A DNA stretch of 63,015 nt, counting the filler, from Choristocarpus tenellus KU-1152 (taxonomy: Eukaryota > Protista > Phaeophyceae): NCBI GenBank assembly GCA_964200185.2. It is 10 parts of 10 records of this genome, joined end to end, with 100 filler letters (N's around TTAATTAATTAA, not from the genome) between each part and the next. Parts side by side here need not be neighbours in the genome. Positions count along the whole stretch, not along the records: positions 38,089 to 45,899 come from CAXNAD020005557.1; positions 46,000 to 52,401 come from CAXNAD020008210.1; 8 more parts are not named here. One strand, 5' to 3'. This document shows, one piece after another, positions 39,205-50,870 of this stretch; the stretch's first letter is position 1, and the number at the start of each line of letters is the position of its first letter. A program made the translations under genes and the position numbers. A model generated the notes under the pieces. It was not told the origin of the DNA. It worked only from the letters and a program-made list of their open reading frames with translations, and did no database searches.

Positions 39205-40881
39205 TCATTCCTCACCAAACTCTAGTGCTTCAGGAATAATACACGTGACGTCAGCTACACGGTGATGGCAAGCACGTGTATACTTTTCTCGGACAGCCTT
39301 GAGATTCCCTCCCTCAGATCTTAGGTGCAGGGTGTGAAGACGCCGTACACACGCCTCCAGATCTTTAGCAGAATATCCAGTGTAGAACTCAGTCTGGGTT
39401 GTCCATGTACTCCCCTTCCCTCTACCACTGCTGTTGCTGGAAGGGCAAAGGGTCTGTCGAGCGAGGTACAACGCAGCAGCTGCCTTGAGGGAGGGTAAGA
39501 GTTGGACGGCTTGGTAGTCGAGGAGGAGGATCTCCAGGAGGTAAGAGACTAGTGATTTCTCGCGCTTGTTGGAGCCAGCAGCACGACAGAAGCGGTCAAA
39601 AAAACAGCGAGGAGTGACACAGGACAGTCGGAAACTGAGGGCTCGGGCAACCTCAAGCTCCATCTTAATGATCTCAGCTCGAGTGTATGTGTTGTCGGAG
39701 ATGTGTGCTAGTTCCTCTGCCGTAGGAGCGTAGATCTCTTCAAACTTCGCTGCAAGGATCACACAGGCGCACCCAAGAAGCTGCAACTTGGATCTTGGGA
39801 TGTCAAGGGTACTGAGGGACCTGTCAATGAGCTCCACCACCTGGAAGAGTGCCCGGGAGGACATGTGGAACTGATCGCACACCTCCACGATCCAGTCGAT
39901 CAGGACACTGCGCACACTTGGCTTGATATCCTGACCCACGAATATGTAAGGCTTTGGACGGTTGACACGCTCCTGTGTCCGAAGATTGGCTGCCTGTTCC
40001 CACGAGTACTCTGCGTTAAGTAGATGTGGGTCGCTCTCTGACTTGATGGTTGCATCTATGTCCTGCACCCCCTGCGGTATGATGCGAGGGGGAGACGGGG
40101 GTGGCGACGGCACTGGTAGACGTAACCCAACGCCCGTACGAGATTTTGAACGGTTTGAGGCATTCTCTATAGAAACTGGGCCAGTCTTTGTCTTGATGCA
40201 CCCACTCGCAGATACACCCGCCAATCCTTCACTCGTACTGCTCTCTGGCTTGCGCTCGCTGTTGCGGAGCCGAGGGTCAGAAGGGGCCATGGCATGTGCG
40301 GTACCATTTGTGATTTTGTATAGCGCCTCCGTCCCATCAACGCAGTTGTTTCCATCAGAAGAAGCCATTACTCCATCCCCTGTGTTCCACTTACGGCACT
40401 TGTCCTCAATGAGGACCTCTCCGCCTACCCTAAGCACCTTGCTGAGATTACCGACATCACCTCGCACATTGCACTGTGACCGCCGTGAGGATCCAGATTC
40501 CCAACCGACATGGGCGTCATCTGTGTCTACCTCGAAACTCAGGTCAACCACTGTTCCCTCAAGATCCTCATCGCAGGATATGTCGCTCTCCTCATTGCCA
40601 CCCGCAATATTCGTCAGCTCTTCTTCATGCGAGGACTGTTTCGCATTCAAACGCCTCGATCGCCTCAAAGTGGTTCGACGTGCAGGGGCCATTGGAGGCA
40701 GTGTACGGGGTGGAGCCCTGACCCGATGATTTGAAGCGGCAACTTCCTGATCCATTACACATCTGCAATCATCGCTGTCAATGCCCTTGGAGATACTCCT
40801 TTCCCTCTTCCGCTTGGGCCGAGGCCCACCAGAACCCACAACCGTATGGCCCCTTCCGCTTTCGTTAGCCTTGTTCGACAT
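39205..40881 (-). CDS. A/B-type mitotic cyclin (cyclin A-like), uninterrupted ORF
   Basis: Cyclin box VRSVLIDWIVEV..LIDRSL..KLQLLGCACVILAAKFEEIYAP..ISDNTYT..MELEV and Cyclin_C motifs LPSLKAAAALYLAR..YTGYS..AVREKY. The N-terminus is long, low-complexity and contains RxxL motifs. The first ATG is at 40881 (the ORF track starts at a GTG, 40941). Confidence 0.93.
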   Translation of the reverse strand: MSNKANESGRGHTVVGSGGPRPKRKRERSISKGIDSDDCRCVMDQEVAASNHRVRAPPRTLPPMAPARRTTLRRSRRLNAKQSSHEEELTNIAGGNEESDISCDEDLEGTVVDLSFEVDTDDAHVGWESGSSRRSQCNVRGDVGNLSKVLRVGGEVLIEDKCRKWNTGDGVMASSDGNNCVDGTEALYKITNGTAHAMAPSDPRLRNSERKPESSTSEGLAGVSASGCIKTKTGPVSIENASNRSKSRTGVGLRLPVPSPPPSPPRIIPQGVQDIDATIKSESDPHLLNAEYSWEQAANLRTQERVNRPKPYIFVGQDIKPSVRSVLIDWIVEVCDQFHMSSRALFQVVELIDRSLSTLDIPRSKLQLLGCACVILAAKFEEIYAPTAEELAHISDNTYTRAEIIKMELEVARALSFRLSCVTPRCFFDRFCRAAGSNKREKSLVSYLLEILLLDYQAVQLLPSLKAAAALYLARQTLCPSSNSSGRGKGSTWTTQTEFYTGYSAKDLEACVRRLHTLHLRSEGGNLKAVREKYTRACHHRVADVTCIIPEALEFGEE

Positions 40882-43136
40882 ATGGGAGTCACTTCCAGCA
40901 AACTTCTGAGAGCGTGCTGGCGAGAATAGAAAAAAAGCCACAGGAATTGGATCCTACACCCTCCACACGTGCAATACTCTCTGCTACACGCCCACAACAC
41001 ACAGACGGTACCGAAGTAGGATGTTGTGAAGCAACGTGTGAATGTGTGAATGTTATTCCTGAGGTTTGATTCAAAGTTTTGAAAAGAGTATTATTCTTTT
41101 TATCTGTCTATTAAAAGTATCCCACACCAATATGCGCGCCATAATCCCACCAAGTCCATATCTTGAATTTTAATAAGAACATCAACTCCAATTTCATATT
41201 TTTATTATTATTTGAATGTCTCTGTTTCACTTCAAAAAAATAGACTCACTTACTCTATCATGCGATCTGTATCATCCAAGTATGGTCTCAACTACTTCAA
41301 ATTTCGGGGTAGATATTTACAGGACCAGAATCGTTGTACAAGGTCTTTCAGTGGTATGTAGGGAATAAAAGAGAAATAATGAGAAGCATTGGATTTGACT
41401 GACATCATGTTGATCATCGTACCATTTTTGTATGTCCCTCATAATACTCTATTGTTATACTACTACTTACTTGATGAATGTATAGTATTATTGTTCTTGG
41501 TTTGAAGAATCCGAATAGGTTTTTGCGGTGAGGGAGGTTCTCCTCTTGTCGTTTATACCTATCCACACCATTCAACGATGCTACACACATTATCTACTCA
41601 ATTGAGTATTACTGTCTACCCCCCCTTCATAATAGGTAGTTTTGATTATTTGTATGTGTTGTGGTGCCAACCTGTAAGTGGTAGTAGGCATCGCGTATCA
41701 TCACTCTCTTCTCGGTCAGCTTCTCTTCTTCAGAGCGTTGATTGATAATTGTTGTCATGTCTAATGAAATAAATGACTGGGGGGTAATTGTAGGTATGGA
41801 AAAAGTTGAACTTATAATACTGTGCAGTGTAATGTATTTATTATGACGTGATGAATAAGGAACCAAGCCTTCAGGGCAGCATAACTAGCAAGCTTCGTTA
41901 TATTTATACTGTCTTTTACCATGCAAAAAAAGAAGAGTCTTTGATCATCTGCAATCGTCTTAAACTTAACAAAAGGCAGCTGGTTCTCTCTCCTTAAGCT
42001 ATTATTGACAGCCTCAAACATAGTGAGTCAATTGCACAAAACCCAAACGCCACCTTGTTCGGCATGTTGGTTACATATATCTCTTTCTTTCCTGGCCCAC
42101 CTCGTACTATTATTTGTTAAAGGTGGAGTCTAATAATAATTGTAGGGTATATTATACTGTACTTCAACAGTGCAGGGAAATATGATACAAAAAAATAGTA
42201 TAATTAATATGAACATTGAGGGGTGTACGGGAGATGCAGGACTACAACAACAGTCAAGTACTTAAAAAAAAAACTTTTATTGGAAGTCATAAGCTACTAT
42301 AGTCTAAGGACGAGCACATGCACACATCCCGTTGGTTCAATGTTATGTGATACAAATGCAGGGTATTCTATTGGTCGACATGCAACTGACTTCAAAAAAC
42401 AATCAAAGCAATGTGCACAATAAAGCACCCAGTAGATAAATAACTATGATAAAGGCGATGTAAGACACTCACTGGCCAAGTGTTTTGAAGCCATATTTAT
42501 ATTTATAAATACTAAAAGAAGAATTATCCCCATGTGCAGCAAGCATAGACAGATTATGAAGTCGTGGAGCAAGAAGCATAGGTATCGAAACACCTTTTTC
42601 TTCCGTAAAAAAATAATCCTCGTACATACACAATGCCACCATTCAATCAACAATAAAATAATAATATATTAAGATCAATGGTTTAATTCGTATTCAGAAG
42701 AAGGCTGGACCCCCCCCCCCCAAAACAGAAGAGGTGTTGTTACTATGATCAACCCGCAGAAAGAAGGCACTATACGCAGGGTACAAGGAGATACAACTAG
42801 TTATCTGTTTGTACTTGCGCCCCTCTCTACCCACCTATTAGTTGACCGTGTACCATGCCTGTTAGCCGACAACACATATTTTTTGTTCACTGGTTAAAAG
42901 AGCACTACACACACGGAGAGGGAGAGAGAGAGGGAGAGGAAGAGAGCGAGAAAGAGAGAGAGAGAAATGACATGTACACTAAAGCAATGCTCTCTTACAA
43001 AAAGTCTTGCGCAATAGTAAGTAAGTACTCCTATCACACATAGCAGTAGAAACGTCAAAATCCTTTGTAACTAGCAAACAACACACACACACACACACAC
43101 AATCAGCTTTATTTCTTCTACCTACTACCTAGCGAC

Positions 43137-43601
43137 TTATTTCAGGGTCACCCTCACCACCGGAAAGTGGTAATGCTCTCCAAAGTCCAATTGGATGTTG
43201 CCATTCAGCACAGTGCCCATCTCCTCCTCCCCAACATTCTCCTCATCCCCCTTCCCCTTTCCTCTACCCAAATCACTTACATCCACTACCTTGATGACCT
43301 TCAAGGCTGAAACCATATTTGAAACTGCCACCTTGGCCAACGACAACAGCTCATCCCTATCCATTTCTACACAACGCCTCCCCAACCCTCGTTCTCCCAG
43401 TCCCTCCCCCTCCCGTCTTTCTCCCTGTCCACCTCTACCCCTCCCTGCCCTCCCCACTGAAGCCAGCAGTCGCCGAAGCTTATCCACAGAGGCCTTGGCA
43501 GCCTGAAAGCACTCAGAGGATGACTCTAGAACTGCTTGAGCTTCTGTGACCGGAAAGTCCACAGCACTCTTGAAGTCGCCGTGAGAATGCATACTGGGGA
43601 C
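43137..43601 (-). CDS. NAA35: NatC auxiliary subunit NAA35/MAK10, terminal exon
   Basis: Phase-0 exon VPSMHSHGDFKSAVDF..SSECFQAAK..ELLSLAKVAVSNMV..QLDFGEHYHFPVVRV matches the NAA35 C-terminal pattern (FQQAK..ILKVAKPN..FDFSAHKYFPVVK). Confidence 0.8.
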   Translation of the reverse strand, partial: VPSMHSHGDFKSAVDFPVTEAQAVLESSSECFQAAKASVDKLRRLLASVGRAGRGRGGQGERREGEGLGERGLGRRCVEMDRDELLSLAKVAVSNMVSALKVIKVVDVSDLGRGKGKGDEENVGEEEMGTVLNGNIQLDFGEHYHFPVVRVTLK

Positions 43602-43708
43602 CTGCGAGCACCACCCCAATACACCAGCCAAAGAGAGGGGTAAGAACTAAGTTAAGGGGTAAAGGGGTGTGCATGCTACCATGCAGCTTTACACTACACA
43701 CACATATA

Positions 43709-45637
43709 ATTCTCCTGTTCGGATTTAAATGTATAACATAGCTTTTGCAAGCCCCTTTCTCGCCTGGGAATGATCCATGTGATAAACCCTCGGGACGAGG
43801 ATTAGTTCTCATACAGATTGGGAGTCGCGCAAAGTTTGAGATGATGAGCTGTCATGACTGTGGAGGATCACCACCACAAAGTTGACCAAGTCGCATTTGA
43901 TGGGGTTCCAAGGCCTCATGAAACTGTCAAAAAGGGTGCTTATTGGGATGCCTAGGACGAAGACCCCCCATTGTTTGAGCGAATCACTCATCCCGTCATT
44001 GCCTGTTAGTCACAAATCTTCGGGCCATAAGTCTAACCCTAACCCTAACCCTACCCGGGAGCCAGACTCAAACACCCCAATGAAGAATAGAGTGGTGGTG
44101 CGACGCCTAGAGGTGATAGGGTGTGCAAGACTCAGATGCCCCCCTGGGGGACAGTACACGGCCATTGCGGAGGACTTTGGAATTTCCTGAATCACCGTGT
44201 TCCATCACCGTGTTACATCATCTTAAGGAGTATGACCGACAGCTTGCATGAGGAGAATGCATGGACCTTGTAAGGTGTTGCAAGGGATGATGCGGCTGCT
44301 ATACAAGTGACCTCACCACAAATCCATCTACAAATGGCCGACAAAAGCTGGGGTCTCCCTTGCCTCGTTGTGGGATATGTGCAAGTGTGAGAAGGTGAAG
44401 GTCAAGCGGTGGATTAAGACAGTCTTCTCAGACCAGCAGAAAGTCAACAGGATGGGTTTCGTCATCAGACCACATGAACAGGAGGCGGGGAGCTGGGGTA
44501 TCGGTGGATGATCTATATGATTGGGTACATGTGGACGAGAACTGACTTTACATCTTCAAAGATGGGCAAGGTGTGTACCTATACCCCACAGAGGACCCCC
44601 CCAAACCCCCATGGGCACAGAATAATTGTTACATTACGAAGGTGGCATTCCTTGCAGCTGTGCCACCCCCCCTAGGAAGCTCTTCAATGGGGTGTGGTTC
44701 GATGGAAAAATTGGGATCTGGTCAATCATAGACACTAAGGTCCTTGTGCCAGCCATGGTGGATGGGGAGAGGTATAAGAAGTTCATGACCAAGGATGTTA
44801 TCCCAGCAATCAAGGCCCATGACAAGACTGGAAGGACACACCATCTTCATGCAGCAGGACAGGGCAAAGTCACACACAAAGGGGGTGATCATGCAAGCAA
44901 TCGAGGAGGTGACGGTGGACGATACTGTCATAGAAACACAACCAGCCAGCTCACCTAACCTCAACATCAACAACCTGGAATCCTTTCATTCCACCCAGCA
45001 ACTGAAGTAAGATGTGGGGGTGACCAACACAGAGGAGGTGGTGGAGGCCACAATGAAGGCATTCGATGTGTACCCCTGGGAGACACTAGAGTGCATCTGG
45101 CAGAGGCTCTTTCGGAAGTAAATGTGAAGTCCTGGGGTCCACGGGTGACATCTTCAAAATTCCCCATCTTAGCAAGGAAAAGGCTGAGAAGGCGGATAAT
45201 CTCCCCCCAAATGCCCCGGTGGATACGGTGAAATACTGTGCTAGAATGAAGTGAGTTATGGAGGGCTTTGGGGGCGGAAACATAGATAGGCGTAGGCTGC
45301 CCCGTTCTGATTGAGATTTTGGTGGACATTTGTGAGCAAAGGGAAATGTAAAATTATTTGTTCCACAACTCAAGTGTCTATGAAACACTTACAAATATTT
45401 TTTCTTTCATGTACTACTCTCCCATCTGCAAAAGAAAAAAAAAGATGTACCAAAACGGTTCCCTGTTACACTACATGTTACAACTACATCCGATTGAAAT
45501 CCCTCCACAGTGACAAACTTCTTAAGTGCCTGCACAATATGCCCCCAAAAAATACGAACTTGCTCTTTTTTCCTCTTCATCGGGGCTGAAAAATAAAATA
45601 AAAATTATGTTACATTTAATTCTGAACAGAGGGACTG
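43709..45637 (+). mobile_element. Full-length decayed plant-mariner (DD39D-like) transposon just 5' of the NAA35 terminal exon (its last intron)
   Basis: Motifs WVHVDE, ITKVAFLAAV, FDGKIGIW, IFMQQDRAKSH and QPASSPNLN. Stowaway-type TIRs TCTCCTGTTCGGATTTAAATGTA.. / ..TACATTTAATTCTGAACAGAGGGACTG. Confidence 0.88.
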
Positions 45638-48600
45638 CATTAATGTTGTTTGATGCATGTACAGTTTGGTATTGCCGTTACATTACATCACATCATTATA
45701 TTATATTATATTGTATCATATTATAGTACATACTTATGTTTTTATTAATATTCAAAAGAGAGGAGTGCAATCCACAACAACAAAATATACACCATTTTTA
45801 GTTAATTTCTGCTAGCAGCAGCGTGATATGTGAGACTTCGTACAACGGAGATATGTGAGACTTACACGTGTGTTGAGCGGTCCATGGGGAGGGGGGGAGN
45901 NNNNNNNNNNNNNNNNNNNNNNNNNNNNNNNNNNNNNNNNNNNTTAATTAATTAANNNNNNNNNNNNNNNNNNNNNNNNNNNNNNNNNNNNNNNNNNNNC
46001 AAATGGACACCCTGGTCTAGACCCCCCCCCCTCCCAGATACTTTGGGTCATATCCCGCCTGAGAGCTGCCGTAGCCAATCACCAAGTTGTTCACTTTCAC
46101 TCTTTTTCTTGAGTGAAAGAACTCATCAAAGTCAGGAATCATAAGAGGGAGATGATGTGCTTGTCGTCCCTGGTATAATTTATTCTGAAGCTTTCCTTAG
46201 TACACCTAAGCAAATGATTACCTTCACCTGCGCCATGGGACGGCTACATTCAGCTCAATCGTCTCGTACTGTATTTTTCGGCGAAGAGAAGGAATTCGGA
46301 AAGCTGCAGGAGAAATCCTGGCGAACCAAAGTAGTTTTTCAACTCTCATTAAGTCAAAGTAAGTGAGAGATACCCAGGTTTTGGACGTTTTGAATTTTAA
46401 GTCAGTTTCTTTCGATCGTATGCAATTCACCCATATGTTTATGGATGAAGTGCTAAGTTTAACTTTAGAGCATTGATTTCTCTGTTGTTTGAAACTTTTC
46501 GACAGAATTCAGAAAAGATCCTACATGCATTTGTAAAAAAAAAGTATTGTTTTGGACGTATTTGTCAAGCACCCTAAAAATGCAACTCTGGGTACCTCTC
46601 GCTTTCCTTGACTCATTGCATCCCAACCTCATCTGTAAGTAAATAATCTCGAATATATATAGAGGCTCTACACCGAGTATATGTACCACCTGCAATACCA
46701 ACAGAGAGTTTATATATCCCTAGGTGTGTTACAGACTCCAGTTTGTGTGGTAACACGTGACTCACAGAATAGTTGGAAATACTGCCTAGAAGTATTGCTT
46801 TATGCTGTAACCAATATCATGCGATAGCCAGGGGTCTACGACTTCCTGGAAGCTACAAGTTGTGCTTCTCTGGTGTTCATGGAAACAATACCAACGCGCA
46901 TCAGGAAGCTTGAGAAGACTCAAAACTGTGCCTTCGTCAGTTTTGTGGTTCTTCAAGACGATCAGGAAAATATGGCGATCAGTCACATACCTCTCTTGCA
47001 GACCCAATCACCCCTTAATGGGATTAGACTTAGCGTAGTATCGAGTTGCTTGATTGAAAATATTCAAATTGTGTCTTTTGCCAAATTTGTGGTTCTTCAA
47101 GGTGATCAAGAAAATGTGGCGATCAATGATACACCTCTCTAAATGGGCAAACCTACCCTCAGTGCAATAACAACTACTTAGTGTCCCTTCTATGCTGTTG
47201 GTGTAATTAAACGTGGAGTGGGAGAAACCTATCTGTGTATCCATCTAAGTGAAAGTGCATCGAGAAAAAGTAATGATGACATGCCACAGACCAACTCCAA
47301 TTTAGACATACTGGTCCACATTGCTGTCTCGAGCCAACTCATCTGACACTGCAGACAGATCGTCTGTGGCGGGAATCTTCTCCGACTGCTCAGTCCATCC
47401 GCAGGTGAATTGGAAAATGTCATCAACTACATGACATGTTTGGACCTGGGAAATGTATCCTGAGGGGCACAGGGTGCTGCAATCCTGTTGTCCAATATCT
47501 CAGTGTGATTGTGGTCAGCACTATCTAGTAAATTCTTTGTGTTTAGTCCACTGACACTGAAGTGAAAAGATGCTAAGATAAGTAGTAAGAAAACATAGTA
47601 GAAATAGTTAAATAATCACCAACACTCACTCGAAGAGTATACGCACCTACAATATGCTTCAAAAGAAGTCTTATGGCCATGCTCAACCTAATGTGCCCGT
47701 TCCGATAAAATCAGTATAGGCACTCCAAGTGTCCAATTATACTCGTTGTCCATGCCTTTAGGTTCTTAAGTACTATGAGGTTAGATTATTTTGAGCATTT
47801 GGTCCAGGAAACTAGTGGTTTTGTGTTGTAGCTCTAGGCTCTACAGCACTCTATGATACTAACCATGTTTTCTGGTGTAGCAGGCGAAAAGCCTCTGTTG
47901 TTATAACATGACCGTCTTTGTGGTTCGGAATTTAATTTCAACTGTTTCGGACTCCAAGGAAGCCCCTTCAGTTTATGTAACTTCACAGTACAACAAATGA
48001 AAATAGAAAATACCATAGTTGGATCCAATCATATTCACGAACTATTACTGATTAAAGAACTTATCACTTTCCAGTATAAAAACTCTTTTGCTGCTTACAC
48101 ACACAAACTGTAGGGTACTGCTATTTGGATGTGAGAAAGAAATATCATGCTAAGGATGTCGAAGAGTGTTGCTTGAAAATACATTATATTTGCTAAAACG
48201 ATTGCCTTGCTATACTGTAGTCTTCTCACGTATTCAGTCTCATACCATCGAAATATATACCAGATTTTTTCTGCTCGGAGCATATTTTGTGTTTAGTCAA
48301 TGAGAAACTTGCACTAAGCTTCCAGTCAATGCTTAATTTTGTACACCAGCATTACAAAGACCCATGAGGGGTTCCAGGAGCACACTGGTCCGAGATCTTG
48401 GGGGTTGAACATCCTATAAAGGTAGCACAGGGAAAGGAGGGTAGTCCTGTAAGGTATTGATAATGTATTCTACTTCTATTTTTTTGCTGAACTGCACTGG
48501 TTTCTTCATTCCCATAGGTTATGCCCCTCTCCCAACCCTGACCATGATTCCATACAATTTATCAGGCTCAAAGTATCTAGGGGGGGTGACGGCCATCCAT

Positions 48601-50074
48601 TTGGGCCCATTTTTGGATGGTTTGGTTGAATGTGTCGGATACAAAATGTAAGTGCACTTTTCCTGGTCAAGTTGGTAGCCCCTTCCCCTATTGCGCGAGG
48701 ATAAGTGTTCAGTACATGCTCTGGACCAAATGACCTCCAGCCAGTCAATCAGTATAATTTTCAAGTAGATGTATTTCAATAGACAATTAAATGCAACCTA
48801 CGTGATGGATGTGCATACATGCATATCGAGTCAGTAGTCAGTAGATTGTGTGCCATATATGCATACATCACAAACAGTGGAAACTACACACTACTTCATT
48901 TCAGTAGCTTATGTTTGTCATGTGTTCGGAAGGTCTTATGTATTCCAAAAAAGGTGGTGTCATCCTTGATGATGTTGTGCCAGTTCCCAAACTCAGATAC
49001 ACCTATATTTCTAGTATTTTGAGCCGAAGGAGGTTGCTTCTTCGAAATCCATTGAGGTAGAAAAATTATATTAATTAAATCGAACTGTCAGCGCAAAAGA
49101 TGAAAGCTCCAAACCCCTCACAGGTCTCAGCAGGAAGGTTGGAAGCCACGAACGTGTAGCAAGTTGTGGGCGATGGCACCTTGTGATGATGAATACGTGG
49201 TAAAATGACCTCTCACACGTTCAATCACGCTTCTGCTTGCATTTGTGACGCTTAGAAAACAACTATCCCAACCTTTTCACTTCATCAGCTTTTCCGCTTT
49301 TCAAATTGATTGAACTATCCTCATTTACTTTTTTTTCACGATTCAACACGCAACCCTTCCTTTTAGCAAGACACAATTAATGACTAATAGCCCGCCTCAA
49401 ACACCACACAAGAACAGGCCCCTACAGATGAGAAAAACTGCACGAAAGAGTGAGAAATTTAAAGCTTCCAGAGGGGCTTCATTCAAACATTAAGTTTTTG
49501 CCCCGTACACCCACATTTCAATTGGATTATTAGCGGAGATGTTATTTCGTTAATTAAAGTGCAACCGTACATTCTTCGGTTCAAACACAAAAAAATGGAT
49601 TAGTACTCAACCGATGACGATATTTACTTTGAACGTATTTCAATTATTATGCCCTCTGCCATTTTGGATATTGGTGATGGAGAGTTTTGGGCGCCAATGG
49701 AGTAGGGGGGAGATGGGGTGGGGGGTGTTGTAGAAAGGAGCTGTCACGTCTCGTTCGAGAAAGAGAGTGTCTGTTACTGTACAAATGGCTTTCTTGAGAC
49801 CGTGTCAATGCGTTTCGAGCTAGAGACACCAGGCAGATGGACAAGAAGGGTCCTGACAGATTTTTGGGATTTTTCCTATCTCTTCGCTCACCTTTGTAGA
49901 GTCTAAGCTAGGTAAGAAGCATATAGTGTACACATTAATTGGTAGTAAATAATTTTCAAAGAGGACTGTTGTATTATTAGTTTTCGAATACTACATATTT
50001 TAGGGAGGTGACTTAGCATTAACAGTTGTATTTTAATAGTAATAATCCTTGTATTATAGTTGCTTTGGTTTTGG

Positions 50075-50870
50075 TATTTCCCTTCACACATGTTGCTCAA
50101 CGTATCTAGGGAGGGTGGCTGACAGCTGTCCATTTGGGGTCATTTTTTTCATGTCGCTACTTTTATGTGATTTGGTTGGATACATCGGATGGATAATGTA
50201 ATTTCACTTTTCCTGGTTATGGTCCAAATGGGCACCATGGTGCAGACCCCCCCCCCCCCCCGATACTTTGGGTCTGTGCAAAATGTCAGAGGCCATAATA
50301 ACTATATATTATATACTTGGCTTTTTCCCTGACACATCTACAATATGTCAGAGGGCATAATAATACATATGTATGTTCTGAAATTTGATTGATTTTTCAT
50401 AGTTTTTTTCTCCTGACACATCTGCAAAATGTCAAAGGCATAATACTAAATAAAGTTTTCTGGATGAGCTAGCTACGCACAGGGTAGGGGGGAGGGGGAC
50501 AGGAGGCTACAGCTGAAAAGGGGCCGTCAAATCCCGTCTACGCCAGATAGTCTCATTTGCAACGCAAGCAGCCCTATTTAGACGTGTCATGTGTTTTAAG
50601 CTGGAGACGCCAGAGAGGTATGGGCAAGGACGGGCTTGTTAGATTATTGGGACGCTTCCCTAGCTCCTCACCCTGGGGTGCAGGACTAAGCCAGGTTGGA
50701 GGCACAGGAGAAGCCATTGCTGCAGCATAGTTGGTAGTAACGTAGTAAACAGATGGGTGTCTTTCACATTTACGGCAACTGTTACTTTCTTAGGGAGTTT
50801 TCTGACACATGAATAGTTTCCATTGTTTTCCCCCTGACAAAACTGCAAAATGTCCGAGGGCATAATAACA
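50075..50870 (+). mobile_element. Stack of RLE-retrotransposon 3' ends: three minimal hairpin-plus-tail copies followed by a longer truncated copy (50455-50870)
   Basis: CCTGACACATCTRCAAWATGTCARAGG(G)CATAATA repeats, then FLDELATHRVGG..KGAVKSRLRQIVSFATQAALFRRVM. Confidence 0.72.
50094..50274. mobile_element. MITE family A (181 bp) with a 3-bp TSD TGT, inserted into a retrotransposon 3' hairpin
   Basis: The empty site CACACA-TGT-GCAAAATGTCAGAGG matches the length of the intact hairpin consensus. Partial family-A or variant ends also occur at 35181, 35373-35442, 46000-46049, 48565, 52502-52601 and 58631-58715. Confidence 0.85.

Noticed and set aside
39962-40729. 255-aa plus-strand ORF
   Set aside because: Antisense shadow of the cyclin CDS.
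41670-42070. Upstream cyclin exon or Ulp1-like protease fragment
   Set aside because: The donor phase (0) does not match the cyclin acceptor-like site (phase 1), and the protease similarity is too weak.
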